The notes under the pieces are model-generated. The model saw only the letters and a program-made list of their open reading frames with translations, made no database searches and was not told the origin of the DNA. A program made the position numbers and the translations under genes. From a virus, in UHGV virus genome UHGV-0209657: a stretch of 55,055 nt of DNA. The stretch is one strand, 5' to 3'. Every line of letters begins with the position of its first letter. Position 1 is the first letter of the stretch. Below, in pieces: positions 54,834 to 55,055 of the stretch.

Positions 54834-55055
54834 CCTAATCACGCGAAACAGTAAAGCAAAAACCGATGAATGCGCTACCAGCCAATAAAGCGCGTACAGT
54901 AAAAAGAATGCTTTCAATGTCGTTAAATTCAGGTACTGACCATGTAACAAAAATCATACCCAGCGTAAATATGACGATAGCGCCACTGAACACCAAAAAA
55001 AACAAAAAGCGTAACCAAAAGCCACGCCTTTAACCAGTTTAAAAAGCTCTTAACC

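Overview
The window reads as a near-complete temperate lambdoid siphovirus genome or prophage (about 55 kb) from an enterobacterial host, annotated from sequence alone with no database searches. Layout: a leftward early operon (N-like basic protein, Erf-type annealing protein, SSB, small ORFs) downstream of a CI-like repressor (4970-5617, minus); a divergent rightward operon (HTH protein, replication initiator, an AT-rich inserted gene, HTH-metallophosphoesterase, DnaB-type helicase, NinB, AlpA-like regulator) that converges on a P4-type tyrosine integrase (13923-15113) next to a candidate attP region. The remainder is one long minus-strand operon: Dam and C5-type methyltransferases, NinG, RusA, a lambda-type antiterminator Q, a 6-kb island of about 23 small ORFs, a pinholin / SAR-endolysin / Rz-Rz1 lysis cassette, an HExxH protein followed by nine tandem micro-ORFs encoding 22-35 aa hydrophobic peptides, terminase, portal, head genes, and a lambda-like tail module (tape measure, M, L, K, I, J, side tail fibre). 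Four opposite-strand gene cassettes with their own promoters and hairpin terminators are embedded in the tail operon. The most unusual loci are the HExxH protein plus micro-ORF array (40911-42368), the AT-rich nuclease-domain gene inside the replication module (7619-8674), the post-Q small-gene island (44068-49961), and a promoter-associated motif (CCATTTTGTA, often with CRP-like palindromes) recurring in intergenic regions. Many start codons are unverified because the ORF track accepts GTG/TTG starts; functional calls rest on remembered motifs and gene order.
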